From NCBI GenBank assembly GCA_902612095.1, contig CACMBZ010000001.1:107772-171771 (forward strand): a stretch of DNA of 64,000 nt, in the 5' to 3' direction. Below the pieces are notes generated by a model, which searched no databases, had not been told where the DNA came from, and saw nothing but the letters and a program-made list of their open reading frames with translations. The position numbers and the translations under genes were made by a program. Shown here piece by piece: positions 37,735 through 48,128 of the stretch (its first letter is position 1; the number at the start of each line of letters is the position of its first letter). This DNA is from an uncultured Pelagibacteraceae bacterium. GTDB taxonomy: Bacteria; Pseudomonadota; Alphaproteobacteria; Pelagibacterales; AG-422-B15.

Positions 37735-40716
37735 TTAAAATGCATAAGAAACGTTTGCAGAGATAAAGTCCATGTCACCTCTCGAGTTATCAGTTGGATC
37801 ACCTAATTGATCAACATAGCTCACTGAAGTAGTGATGGCGTCACCTTTTCTTGCCGTAAGGCTAAGAGAAAGACTTTGACGACCCTCAGCAAATCCACCT
37901 AAAGATGATGGTCCGTATCCAATAGGATCATGTGACCAAACAAAAGATGGCGTTAAAGACCATGCAGAATTATTAAAATTGTTATAGGTCGCAGTTCCAA
38001 CTAAACGGTAGCTAAATGATCTCTCGTCAGCACCCATCTGAGATTCACAGTAACTTCCGTTACCAAACACGGCATCAACGATTGATGCACCAACGTTTGA
38101 TACGTTTCCGGAGTCCGCTAAGTTATAATCAATTAGCTCTGTCGCACCGACACCACTAGCGGTTGCAGCTGCATTAACTGCTGCAATCTCAGCACTAGAA
38201 AGTCCTTGGAATATACCAAGACATAAGTGTTCACCATTACCTTCGTTAAAGCCATTACGAGCAACAAAACCTTTGTTCATGTTATCCATATCATTGATTT
38301 GAACCATTGCTAACTCAGTAAGAAACGCCGCTGAGTCAGCTCCCAGACCTCTAGTAATTGGATGAGATGCTGTAAAGCTTGTTGTTGTTCCAATATCAGC
38401 AGATAACACATCATATTCTATGAATGCAGTTGATCTATAGTATGATGTTGCGTCATATACTTTGACTAAACTAGAGTCAATTACAGGCAACGAAGATCTT
38501 TTCGCAGCCTTTAGTAATGTACCAAAGTCTTTAGATATTGCACTCGCTCCCGCAAGTGTATTAACTGCACCTGGGATAACCAATCCTGCAGCAATAGACG
38601 TTGGTGCAAGAGCATACGTATCATGACCAAATGCTGTCAAAGCCAAAGTTGTGCCTGATGCATCAGCAATCTGATTGATTTGATCTCCTGCAGCTGTAGC
38701 AAGAGGGAAGTCAGGTCTGTATGCAATTTCACCTTGAACAGTTGTACCACTTATATTTGTATTAAAGCTCATACCATAGACTTGAAGATCTTCAGGATAA
38801 ATGAACTGATAACGTGAGTAGTTCAAAGGTGTAACCGCTGCAGCCAATGTTGGTGTAAGCGATAAGAAGATTGGCTGATAAGACACACCACCTATTGTGT
38901 TTGCAGCTTCACAAGTAGAAGGATCATGAACAAGTTCACCATCGATTTCTTTTTTGAAATTAACATTTGCGATGACTTGTTTTGCAGCCTGGCTATCAAC
39001 ATCACCTTTAACAGATGATGCCATTAGTGCAGGTCCCAATCCACTACAAACAGATCCATACGCTCCGTTAAGTAATGGAATTAGAATACCTGTAGCAGCT
39101 GCGCCGGCTGCAACTGACTCTGTATTAGCTGAAGCATCAATTACTGATGCTGAACCTATTACGCCAGCGAAATCATGAAATATGTGAGTGAAGGCACCAA
39201 TGATATCTCCACCTAAGACACCTGTTTTACCCATCATTTGGATGTAAGGTATTTTTGAGTGGTAGTTAGCATAATAGAATCCAAGATCAACACCAGTACC
39301 GATGTCATCTAAATACGTGGAAGCTCTAACACCCCATTGCCCATCATCTCTTGCATAAGCATTTTTTTGATCAAATTCTCTGAGTTCAACAGTAGCAGCT
39401 TTTGTGAAATCAGCATCCATAACACCGCCGTATACAGTCGATAAAAGAGGTGCGTTGGCTGCAGATGTTGTAAACGCTGCAAGCGTACCTGTAACTTCTG
39501 TTAATTGAGGATCACCTGGTAAGCTTTGAGCATCAACACTTGATTGGAAAGTTTTTCCATGGTTTTGTGCTGCGCCGTATGCAGCCCATGTTGTCCACTG
39601 AGTGGCTGTTGCGTTTCTGTAAGCATATAGGGCCTGATAAGCATCGTTGTAGTTTGCTCTTGTATCAGCGGCAAGGGTATATGCTTTTAAAGTGGCATCA
39701 CAAGAAAACGCACCACCTGTCAGTGCAATCGCAGCATAAGGACAATACGCTTCGTTACCAACTTCTTCGGCATATGCGCCACTAGCTAAGATACGGTCTC
39801 CACCAGTACCGGTTACATCGTTTCCAAAGAATGATCCTTTAGGATCTAAAGTTACAGATTCAGAACTGAATTGAGTATATGCCTCAATACCCCAATTGCC
39901 TGCAGTCATTGATAAAGTAATTTGCTCGGTTGGCATCAATGCATCTCTAATAGACGCGCCAGGAGCTCTTAGTTTTGTCAAGTCTAATGAGTTTGTAACA
40001 AAGCCATTTAACCCAACTGGAATGAATGTTGCTTCACCCCAACTTGTTACGTATCGACCAGCAGTTAAATCAATAAATCCAAGTTCAGATTGTGTGTCAA
40101 ATGAACTTGTTATGTATGCATCTAGAATTTGAATGTCGCTTTCTAATTCATCTTTTGCATCTGAAGTTAATGCAATAAAATTTTCATCTGTAATATCTAA
40201 TACGGGGTTATAGTTAGCGATGAAAGATAAATCTACACCAATTCCAGAGTCAGTGTTTCCAGATATCTCAACAAAAGCTTTTTGCGTAGCATCAATAACG
40301 TCACCACGTTTAAAGTTTAAGTTTCCATTGTCACTGTTTACGTTTCCATACTCAATACGGTTTGTAGAAGTATTGCCATATCCATCTGTTTGCATCTTAG
40401 CACAAGATCCACTTGATTTAGCGTTTTTATCATAGCCACTAAGAATCTGTGCTGCTGTCAATTCTGTTTCACTAGCAACAAGTCCTTGACCAACAAGTGA
40501 TAAATCAGATGCCGTTACATTATAAGTGTATCCATCTTGTAACATGCAATCTCGATCAGAAGATCTTATTGAAAAACCTGATGTGATTGTTGTGTTAACA
40601 GTACCAGTGAAACCTGGCATAGTAAGATCATAAGCATGTGCACTAATAGATGGCACTAACATCATGACAGTTAAACCAAGCAAAGTTGATTTAAGTTTTT
40701 TTATCGTTGATATCAT
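37735..40716 (-). CDS. DUF1302 family outer-membrane protein, unusually long (993 aa from ATG 40716)
   Basis: NSDNGNLNF, ILDAY, WGEATFIP, DGQWG, YYANYHSKIP, YPEDLQVYGMSFNT, GEIAYRPDFPL, DFISANVSYAF; GGGGAAAG upstream of ATG 40716. Confidence 0.88.
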   Translation of the reverse strand: MISTIKKLKSTLLGLTVMMLVPSISAHAYDLTMPGFTGTVNTTITSGFSIRSSDRDCMLQDGYTYNVTASDLSLVGQGLVASETELTAAQILSGYDKNAKSSGSCAKMQTDGYGNTSTNRIEYGNVNSDNGNLNFKRGDVIDATQKAFVEISGNTDSGIGVDLSFIANYNPVLDITDENFIALTSDAKDELESDIQILDAYITSSFDTQSELGFIDLTAGRYVTSWGEATFIPVGLNGFVTNSLDLTKLRAPGASIRDALMPTEQITLSMTAGNWGIEAYTQFSSESVTLDPKGSFFGNDVTGTGGDRILASGAYAEEVGNEAYCPYAAIALTGGAFSCDATLKAYTLAADTRANYNDAYQALYAYRNATATQWTTWAAYGAAQNHGKTFQSSVDAQSLPGDPQLTEVTGTLAAFTTSAANAPLLSTVYGGVMDADFTKAATVELREFDQKNAYARDDGQWGVRASTYLDDIGTGVDLGFYYANYHSKIPYIQMMGKTGVLGGDIIGAFTHIFHDFAGVIGSASVIDASANTESVAAGAAATGILIPLLNGAYGSVCSGLGPALMASSVKGDVDSQAAKQVIANVNFKKEIDGELVHDPSTCEAANTIGGVSYQPIFLSLTPTLAAAVTPLNYSRYQFIYPEDLQVYGMSFNTNISGTTVQGEIAYRPDFPLATAAGDQINQIADASGTTLALTAFGHDTYALAPTSIAAGLVIPGAVNTLAGASAISKDFGTLLKAAKRSSLPVIDSSLVKVYDATSYYRSTAFIEYDVLSADIGTTTSFTASHPITRGLGADSAAFLTELAMVQINDMDNMNKGFVARNGFNEGNGEHLCLGIFQGLSSAEIAAVNAAATASGVGATELIDYNLADSGNVSNVGASIVDAVFGNGSYCESQMGADERSFSYRLVGTATYNNFNNSAWSLTPSFVWSHDPIGYGPSSLGGFAEGRQSLSLSLTARKGDAITTSVSYVDQLGDPTDNSRGDMDFISANVSYAF

Positions 40717-40776
40717 ACTTCTTTCCCCCGTAATAAATATCAGTTTCTTGAAGACTTTATTCAATGAATAGTAAGC

Positions 40777-40831
40777 CTTGAAATAAGCCTATTTCAAGAT
40801 GTATTTGATTAAATTTATTAAATTTAGTCAA
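40777..40831. promoter_or_regulatory. Two inverted repeats and a candidate -35 upstream of the DUF1302 gene
   Basis: CTTGAAATA-AGCC-TATTTCAAG (40777-40798, 9/9); TTGATTAAATTT-ATT-AAATTTAGTCAA (40805-40831, 11/12), whose outer arm reads TTGACT on the minus strand. Confidence 0.6.
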
Positions 40832-40960
40832 GCAATTATATGCAATTTCCAAAAATGAGTATTAAAACTAGATTTTCTTTTAAAATATTATTTATTGTTA
40901 TAAATCAATTACTTAATATTTTTCTGAGACAGCTCTAATTAAAATACATCAGCTGTTACT

Positions 40961-41668
40961 TTATATATTGTGTTTTAAAAGCAACATCATGGACTTGTGA
41001 TTAGGTTTTTTTGATATTTTTAGTTTTTTCTCAATAACACCAATTTTTTTGAGCCCTCGACTAATTCGATCACTCATACACATATGTGTGATGTTTGTTT
41101 TGAAGAAAGATTTTTCACCTTTATGCAATCTTTTAAAAAATTCATCTGCAACTTTAAGTGAGTAATGAATCATTATCTTTATTTCTTGATTAGAAACTAA
41201 TTTACGAAGTTGTGGCGTTAATTCTTGCTTAAATTTTACAATGTATACTTTTTTTGTATTGTATTTAATTCCTTTGTTTTTACTTATCCCATTTAATACT
41301 TCATTCGCAACAGTTCCTGTCAAATGATGAATGTGTTTTATACGTTTGTCTTTTTTTATAAATTCTAACAGTTGATAGCTGTCGTCAAAAATATGATGTA
41401 TTTTGTTTACACCAATCAATTGTAATTCTTTTTTTACTTTTTTACCGATTGCTAAAAAATTACCATTACGAATAATTTCTTTATTTTTTTTCAAAAAATT
41501 TATTGCCTGCAAACTGGATACAAGGTAGTGAGCATTGGGATCCAATATGATCTTAGGGTAAAGTCTTTTGAAGTACATGAAGGGTTCAATGTGAAATTGA
41601 TATTTTCTTTTTCTTAAATCTAAAATTAATTTATCAGGATTAACTTTAGAGCGAATAATTAAAATCAT
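40961..41668 (-). CDS. hemD: Divergent uroporphyrinogen-III synthase
   Basis: Overlaps the hemC 3' end; ILIIRS, SSLQA, AIG, VY, HYS and CMSDRI are degenerate HemD motifs. Confidence 0.72.
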   Translation of the reverse strand: MILIIRSKVNPDKLILDLRKRKYQFHIEPFMYFKRLYPKIILDPNAHYLVSSLQAINFLKKNKEIIRNGNFLAIGKKVKKELQLIGVNKIHHIFDDSYQLLEFIKKDKRIKHIHHLTGTVANEVLNGISKNKGIKYNTKKVYIVKFKQELTPQLRKLVSNQEIKIMIHYSLKVADEFFKRLHKGEKSFFKTNITHMCMSDRISRGLKKIGVIEKKLKISKKPNHKSMMLLLKHNI

Positions 41669-42608
41669 TTATATTATTTAATTTATTTATTTTTTCTTGA
41701 CCCACATCTTTAAGTATAGTCTGTGAAAGTTCATCAGCTAGACTGAGGTGTTTATTTTTTACATCAGATATATCTTTTGAAAAAATTTTTAAACCATTGT
41801 GATCAAAAATTTCACATTTTATTATTATAATGTCATCTTTAATTTTCGCATAAACTGATATTGGACTGTTGCAATTAGCTTTTATAGTTTTTAAAACCTT
41901 TCTTTCAGTGAGCGATGCGATTTCTGTCTCATGATGATTAATGATTGCAAATACATCTTTTAAATTGTTGCCACGCTTTGCTTGTATTCCAATCGTTCCT
42001 TGACATGCCGCGGGAAGAAAATTTTCTTCATCCAGCTCCTCTGTTACTTGATCAAGTAAACCTAGTCGTTTTAGTCCCGCAAAACTTAAAATGATTGCAT
42101 CATAATTATTTTCTCTAAGCTTTTTAATACGCGTATCTACATTACCTCTAAGCAATTTAATCTTAAGATCTTGTCTTAAATTTAGAATTTGGGCCCTTCG
42201 TCTAATAGAGCTTGTTCCAATAACTGATCCAGGAGGTAAGTCAAAAAATTTCTGACCGGAGTTTGATAGCAACGCTTCGCGATGATTTTCTCTTTTGAAC
42301 CAACATATTATATCAAGCTTATCTGAGCTATCCTCTGCTGGGACATCTTTCATAGAGTGAACACCAATATCTACTTTACTTTTTAATATTTGATCCTCAA
42401 TTTCCTTGATAAACAAACCTTTACCACCAATCTGATCAAGTCGTTTTTCATTATGAACGTCTCCTTTTGTTTTAATAGTTTTTATAACAAATGACTCATT
42501 AGTAATTTCACTTGAAACACTTACTAATTGATTCAGCAATATGTTGGTTTGTGTTCTTGATAATTTGCTATCTCTAATTCCAACTAAAATTCTGTTTAAA
42601 TTTGACAT
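41646..42608 (-). CDS. hemC: Hydroxymethylbilane synthase
   Basis: GGKGLFIKEIE, VHSMKDVP, GTSSIRR, RGNVDTR. Confidence 0.97.
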   Translation of the reverse strand: MSNLNRILVGIRDSKLSRTQTNILLNQLVSVSSEITNESFVIKTIKTKGDVHNEKRLDQIGGKGLFIKEIEDQILKSKVDIGVHSMKDVPAEDSSDKLDIICWFKRENHREALLSNSGQKFFDLPPGSVIGTSSIRRRAQILNLRQDLKIKLLRGNVDTRIKKLRENNYDAIILSFAGLKRLGLLDQVTEELDEENFLPAACQGTIGIQAKRGNNLKDVFAIINHHETEIASLTERKVLKTIKANCNSPISVYAKIKDDIIIIKCEIFDHNGLKIFSKDISDVKNKHLSLADELSQTILKDVGQEKINKLNNINDFNYSL

Positions 42609-42652
42609 AAATTATTATTCTTAAATGTATATATGATACATTATTAAATAGT

Positions 42653-43735
42653 ATGACAAAAAAAATAATACGAGTATTAGGAATTGAATCGAGTTGCGAT
42701 GAGACTTCAGTCTCGATCGTTGAGAAAATAGATAATAAATTCAGAGTTCTGTCGAATGTAGTGAAGTCTCAAATTGATATTCATAAATTTTATGGCGGCG
42801 TTGTACCAGAGTTAGCGGCGCGTGCGCATTCCGATATAATTGATAAATTGGTACTCAAATCTTTGTCTGATGCAAAAATGACGTTTAAGAAAATTGATGC
42901 AATATCTGCGACCGCCGGACCTGGTTTGCTTGGTGGACTTCTCGTTGGAGTTGTAGCTGGAAAAACACTTGCCCATTACTTAAATAAGCCTTTCATCGCT
43001 GTGAATCATTTAGAGGGACATGCTCTTTCAATTAAACTAGAAAGAGAAATAGAATACCCCTATCTGTTATTATTAGTTTCAGGGGGTCATACGGAATACA
43101 CGATCATAAAAAACTTTAATAACTACAAGCGAATTGGAACAACAATTGACGATGCATTGGGTGAAGCGTTTGATAAAACTGCCCGTCTTCTAAAATTAGG
43201 TTATCCAGGTGGCCCCGAAATTGAAAAATATGCTGCTTTAGGTAATGAAAATAAATTTAAACTTCCTATGCCGTTAATTCATGAAAAAAATGCACATTTT
43301 TCATTTGCAGGCCTAAAATCTGCAGTGGCAAATATTGTTGCTAAAAATAGGTGTACAGAAAAGTTTAAAAAAGACATGTCAGCATCATTTCAAGCGACTA
43401 TAAATAAAATTATTTTCACCAAAACTCAGAATGCGATTAATGAATATAAACGAATTGTTAAATCTAAAAAAAATTTAAAAATTGTTGTCGCTGGAGGTGT
43501 TGCTGCAAATAAAAGCATTCGTAGTTCACTGAAACAACTTGAAACTAGAGAAAATTGCGAATTTTTATTTCCGTCAATCAAGTATTGTACTGATAACGGT
43601 GCAATGATTGCATTAGCTGGAATTGAAAGATTTGAAAGAAATAAATTTAATAAATTAAATTTTAAGCCCCGGCCAAGATGGCCTTTGGATAAGAATGCTG
43701 TTTTTATGAAGGGTAAGAGAGCCGTTGAAGGATAA
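42653..43735 (+). CDS. tsaD: tRNA t6A threonylcarbamoyltransferase TsaD
   Basis: LGIESSCDETS, GGVVPELAARAH, NHLEGH, SGGHT, CTDNGAMI. Confidence 0.98.
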   Translation: MTKKIIRVLGIESSCDETSVSIVEKIDNKFRVLSNVVKSQIDIHKFYGGVVPELAARAHSDIIDKLVLKSLSDAKMTFKKIDAISATAGPGLLGGLLVGVVAGKTLAHYLNKPFIAVNHLEGHALSIKLEREIEYPYLLLLVSGGHTEYTIIKNFNNYKRIGTTIDDALGEAFDKTARLLKLGYPGGPEIEKYAALGNENKFKLPMPLIHEKNAHFSFAGLKSAVANIVAKNRCTEKFKKDMSASFQATINKIIFTKTQNAINEYKRIVKSKKNLKIVVAGGVAANKSIRSSLKQLETRENCEFLFPSIKYCTDNGAMIALAGIERFERNKFNKLNFKPRPRWPLDKNAVFMKGKRAVEG

Positions 43736-44723
43736 TATTAAATATAAAGTTGGTGTGATTGGTGCGGGTGCATGGGGAACTGCATTGGCAAATATTATAT
43801 CGAAAAAAGAAAAAGTTATTTTATGGGCAAAAGAAAAAAGTGTTTGTGATAATATTAATAAAATATCTGAAAACAAAAGATATTTGCCAAAGATTAAATT
43901 AAGTAAAAAAATAAAATGCACTACATCAATTCTCGATGTGGCCAAATGTGAAATTTTATTTTTAGTTTCGCCTGTTCAATATTTATCAACAAATCTATTA
44001 AAGTTAAAAAAAGATATTCAAACTAATACAATATTTGTTTGCTGCTCTAAGGGAATAGAAATGAATAGTCTGAAATTACCAAGTGAGATAGTAAGCTCTA
44101 TTTTTCCAAAAAATAAGATTGCTGTCATTTCAGGACCAAATTTTGCCGCTGAGATTGCAAAAGGTTTACCAGCCGCTACTGTCGTTGCTTCAAAAAGTGG
44201 GAGTGTTGGAAATAAAATTGTACAACTCATTAAGTCTCCAACATTAAGGCCTTACTTATCTGATGACATTATTGGTTCACAAATAGCAGGGGCTCTAAAA
44301 AATATTTATGCAATTGCCAGTGGTATTGTGTTTGGAAAAAAATACGGCGAAAACGCAGTTGCTTCAATTATATCGAGAAGTTTTGCTGAAATAAAAATTG
44401 TAGCCCAATCCATGAACGCAAAGAAAAGTACGCTTGCTGGACTTTCTGGTATGGGGGATTTATTTCTTACATGTTCATCAAAAGAGTCTAGAAATTTTTC
44501 TTTAGGAATTGATCTTGCAAAAGGCAAAACACTAAATCAAATCATTGAAAACAAGTTTTCAGTCGCTGAGGGAGTGTTCACTGTTAGGGCATTAAAAAAA
44601 CTGTCGTTTGAAAAAAAACTGGATTTGCCAATCAATGAAGCTATTTACAAAGTTTTATACCGAAAAAAAAATATTGATGTTACAATCCAAGAACTTTTAA
44701 GTAGACCAATCACAAAGGAATAA
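43725..44723 (+). CDS. gpsA: NAD(P)H-dependent glycerol-3-phosphate dehydrogenase
   Basis: IGAGAWGTALA, SGPNFAAE, GALKN, GLSGMGDL. Confidence 0.97.
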   Translation: MKDNIKYKVGVIGAGAWGTALANIISKKEKVILWAKEKSVCDNINKISENKRYLPKIKLSKKIKCTTSILDVAKCEILFLVSPVQYLSTNLLKLKKDIQTNTIFVCCSKGIEMNSLKLPSEIVSSIFPKNKIAVISGPNFAAEIAKGLPAATVVASKSGSVGNKIVQLIKSPTLRPYLSDDIIGSQIAGALKNIYAIASGIVFGKKYGENAVASIISRSFAEIKIVAQSMNAKKSTLAGLSGMGDLFLTCSSKESRNFSLGIDLAKGKTLNQIIENKFSVAEGVFTVRALKKLSFEKKLDLPINEAIYKVLYRKKNIDVTIQELLSRPITKE

Positions 44724-44724
44724 C

Positions 44725-45141
44725 ATGAACTACTGGTTAATGAAATCAGAACCTGAAACGTGGTCTTGGGAACAACAAGTAAAAGCTGGAAGCAAAGGCG
44801 AAGGTTGGGATGGTGTCAGAAACTACCAAGCATCCAACAATATGAAAAAAATGGAGAAAGGAGATCTTTGTTTTTTTTATCACTCGGTCAAAGAAAGGGA
44901 TATTGTTGGCATAGTAAAAGTAGTGAAGAAATATCATCCTGATCCTACAGATAAATCACAACGCTTTGGAATGGTATCTGTGGCGGCTGTAAAAGCCCTT
45001 AAAAATAAAGTTAACCTTGCTCAGATAAAGGATCATCCAAAACTTAATCACCTAGCTTTAGTTAAACAGTCGCGCCTCTCGGTTATGCCAATTGATAAAA
45101 AGTCGTGGACAATTATTTGCAATCTCGGCGGTATCAAATAA
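44725..45141 (+). CDS. EVE domain protein
   Basis: YWLMKSEP, WDGVRNYQA, FFYHS, SRLSVMP. Confidence 0.95.
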   Translation: MNYWLMKSEPETWSWEQQVKAGSKGEGWDGVRNYQASNNMKKMEKGDLCFFYHSVKERDIVGIVKVVKKYHPDPTDKSQRFGMVSVAAVKALKNKVNLAQIKDHPKLNHLALVKQSRLSVMPIDKKSWTIICNLGGIK

Positions 45142-45153
45142 GATAATTTTCTT

Positions 45154-47094
45154 ATGAGTGAAAATGAAAAGTTTGAAGTGAGCAGTGAATGGTCTGCAGA
45201 AGCACAGATTAATACTGATAAATATAATGAATGGTATGAAAATTCTCTCAATAACAATGAAGAGTTTTGGAGTGAACACGGTAAAAGAATTGATTGGATT
45301 AAACCATATACAAAAGTAAAAGACGTTTCTTACAATAAAGATAATTTTTCAATCAAATGGTATTACGATGGCACACTTAACGCATCAAGTAACTGTATTG
45401 ATAGACATTTAAAAAATAAAGCAGATCAGACCGCAATCATTTGGGAAGGCGATGATCCAGCAGACTCAAAACACATATCTTATAAAGAATTACACAGTGA
45501 GGTATCAAAACTTGCTAACGGCATGAAATCTCTTGGAGTTAAAAAAGGTGATCGTGTAACTATTTATATGCCAATGATTCCTGAAGCGGCTTACGCAATG
45601 CTAGCTTGTACAAGAATTGGCGCAATTCACTCTGTCGTATTCGGAGGCTTTTCTCCAGACTCGTTAGCTGGAAGAATAAGTGATTGTAAATCAGATATTG
45701 TGATCACAGCAGATGAAGGCGTAAGAGGGGGCAAAGCAATTCCATTGAAGAAAAATACAGATGAAGCAATTTCGATCTCGGGTGGAGTTCGTCATTGTAT
45801 TGTTGTTAAAAGAACAGGTGGAGATATTGGTTGGGTCGACGATAGAGATGTTTGGTATCACGAACTAACTGAAAAAGAGTCAGATGATTGTCCGCCAGAA
45901 GAGATGTCAGCAGAAGATCCTCTCTTTATATTGTATACATCCGGATCAACTGGAAAACCAAAAGGAGTTATGCACACCACTGGTGGTTATATGGTTTATG
46001 CCTCAATGACACATCAATATGTCTTTGATTATAAAGAGGGCGACGTTTATTGGTGCACAGCAGATGTGGGTTGGGTTACGGGACACAGTTACATTGTTTA
46101 TGGTCCGTTAGCGAATGGCGCTGTCACGGTCATGTTTGAAGGTGTTCCAAACTATCCAAGTGCCTCTAGATTTTGGGAAGTGGTCGATAAACACAAAATT
46201 AATATTTTCTATACCGCACCAACTGCAATCAGAGCATTGATGCGGGAAGGTGAAGATCCTGTAAAAAAAACAAACAGGTCCTCACTTAAATTGCTTGGAA
46301 CTGTTGGCGAGCCAATAAATCCAGAAGCTTGGATGTGGTATTATAATGTCGTTGGAGACAAAAAATGTCCAATTGTTGATACATGGTGGCAAACAGAAAC
46401 AGGTGGTATTTTAATCACGCCTCTTCCAGGGGCCATTGCACAAAAACCAGGATCAGCAACAAAACCATTCTTTGGTGTCAAACCTGAAATTTTAGATGCA
46501 GAAGGAAAAATTCTTGGGGGTGCTTGCGAGGGCTCTCTTTGCCTGGCGGATTCTTGGCCTGGTCAAATGAGAACAGTTTATGGTGATCATAAAAGATTTA
46601 TTGAAACGTATTTCTCTCAATTTGATGGAAAATATTTTACAGGTGATGGCTGCAGGAGAGATGAAGACGGTTATTACTGGATCACTGGAAGAGTGGATGA
46701 TGTCATAAATGTATCTGGTCACAGAATGGGAACAGCAGAAGTTGAGTCAGCTCTCGTTGCTCATCCTAAAGTTAGTGAAGCAGCAGTTGTCGGTTACCCT
46801 CATGATATTAAAGGGCAAGGTATCTATGCATATGTTACGCTCAATGCAGGTGAAGAAACTTCAGATGAATTATATAAAGAACTTGTTGCGTGGGTTCGAA
46901 AAGAAATTGGGCCCATTGCATCACCCGATCTTATTCAATGGGCCCCCGGTCTTCCTAAGACACGTTCCGGCAAAATTATGAGACGAATTTTAAGAAAAAT
47001 TGCAGAAAATGAATACAGCAATCTTGGTGATACTTCTACATTGGCCGAACCGGCAGTCGTCGATGATTTAATCGACAATCGAATGAATAAGTGA
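45154..47094 (+). CDS. acs: Acetyl-CoA synthetase
   Basis: [32 protein letters not shown]. Confidence 0.99.
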   Translation: MSENEKFEVSSEWSAEAQINTDKYNEWYENSLNNNEEFWSEHGKRIDWIKPYTKVKDVSYNKDNFSIKWYYDGTLNASSNCIDRHLKNKADQTAIIWEGDDPADSKHISYKELHSEVSKLANGMKSLGVKKGDRVTIYMPMIPEAAYAMLACTRIGAIHSVVFGGFSPDSLAGRISDCKSDIVITADEGVRGGKAIPLKKNTDEAISISGGVRHCIVVKRTGGDIGWVDDRDVWYHELTEKESDDCPPEEMSAEDPLFILYTSGSTGKPKGVMHTTGGYMVYASMTHQYVFDYKEGDVYWCTADVGWVTGHSYIVYGPLANGAVTVMFEGVPNYPSASRFWEVVDKHKINIFYTAPTAIRALMREGEDPVKKTNRSSLKLLGTVGEPINPEAWMWYYNVVGDKKCPIVDTWWQTETGGILITPLPGAIAQKPGSATKPFFGVKPEILDAEGKILGGACEGSLCLADSWPGQMRTVYGDHKRFIETYFSQFDGKYFTGDGCRRDEDGYYWITGRVDDVINVSGHRMGTAEVESALVAHPKVSEAAVVGYPHDIKGQGIYAYVTLNAGEETSDELYKELVAWVRKEIGPIASPDLIQWAPGLPKTRSGKIMRRILRKIAENEYSNLGDTSTLAEPAVVDDLIDNRMNK

Positions 47095-48128
47095 TCAACT
47101 TTCACAAAAAATATCTATTAAAGATGCAAAATAAATTGGCATTATCTGATTATGCCTATCTCTGGTTATCGTTTCTAAAAGGAGTTGTTGTTACGTTAAT
47201 TCTAATTTGGATTTTTAATATTGCATCTCTGCTGGGAAAATCTGATTTAATTTTTAAAGAAGTATTCATACCGAGTGATATAGGTCTAGATATCTATCTT
47301 AAAAATTCTGAAATAAGTTTAGGAGATGTCCCTGAAGAAGCACAAAAAAAAATAATATGGTCGAATGCAAAAAAAAATAAAACGGAAATTGCTATCGCTT
47401 TTTTACCTGGCTTCAGCACAACTAATTTTCAACAAAAGGAGTTTTTCGATAAATTATCGAAGGAACTTGATGCCAATATTTTCTTATCGAGATTGTCAGG
47501 GCATGGTCGTGAATATCCTGGTTCAAAGCAGATGAGTGCAGAAAATTATTTAGAGGATACATCAGAAGCAATAGAAATTGCTAAAAGAATAGGTCACAAA
47601 GTTATTTTGATTGGTTTTTCTCTCGGTGGTGCATTAACCACAGCAGCTTCTTTTGACGATGAGTTATCAAAAGATCTACATGGAGTAGTTCTTTTTGCCC
47701 CAGCATACGTCGGTACAATAAGAAATAATAGCATGTGGTTTTATGCAATGTCTTTCCTAGATAAGATAAATCTAGATTGCAATGATTACATTAATGATCA
47801 AAAGAAATATGATTGTACCAAGTACTCCACAAATGTATTTAGGACATCTGATGGAGTAGAAGGGGGTCGCATCATGAGTGCCGTTGCGGAAAAAGACTTT
47901 TCAGAAAATAAAATTCCAGCATTATCATTTTTTGACTATGACGATGATGTATTAAACTCTTATGAAACTGAAAAAAGATTAGATAGATGGGGTAACAAGA
48001 AAAGTAAAATAGTAATTGTTGATTCGGGCGAGAAAGATGTCACTCAACATTTTATCGTTGGATTTCTCAATCCTGAACTTGATGATTTTTATATTAAGGA
48101 AATAAACAATTGGATAAACAACTTATAA
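47091..48128 (+). CDS. Membrane-anchored alpha/beta hydrolase (esterase/lysophospholipase-like)
   Basis: N-terminal TM helix; LPGFS, RLSGHG, GFSLGG (GxSxG), candidate Asp (DDVL) and His (QHF). Confidence 0.8.
   Translation: MINFHKKYLLKMQNKLALSDYAYLWLSFLKGVVVTLILIWIFNIASLLGKSDLIFKEVFIPSDIGLDIYLKNSEISLGDVPEEAQKKIIWSNAKKNKTEIAIAFLPGFSTTNFQQKEFFDKLSKELDANIFLSRLSGHGREYPGSKQMSAENYLEDTSEAIEIAKRIGHKVILIGFSLGGALTTAASFDDELSKDLHGVVLFAPAYVGTIRNNSMWFYAMSFLDKINLDCNDYINDQKKYDCTKYSTNVFRTSDGVEGGRIMSAVAEKDFSENKIPALSFFDYDDDVLNSYETEKRLDRWGNKKSKIVIVDSGEKDVTQHFIVGFLNPELDDFYIKEINNWINNL

Noticed and set aside
40961-41668. hemD as a pseudogene or novel gene
   Set aside because: Full-length uninterrupted ORF in the canonical position; HemD is known to diverge rapidly
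44725-45141. EVE domain as part of a modification-dependent defence system
   Set aside because: Stand-alone EVE in the usual tsaD-gpsA-EVE-acs context; no nuclease domain or partner
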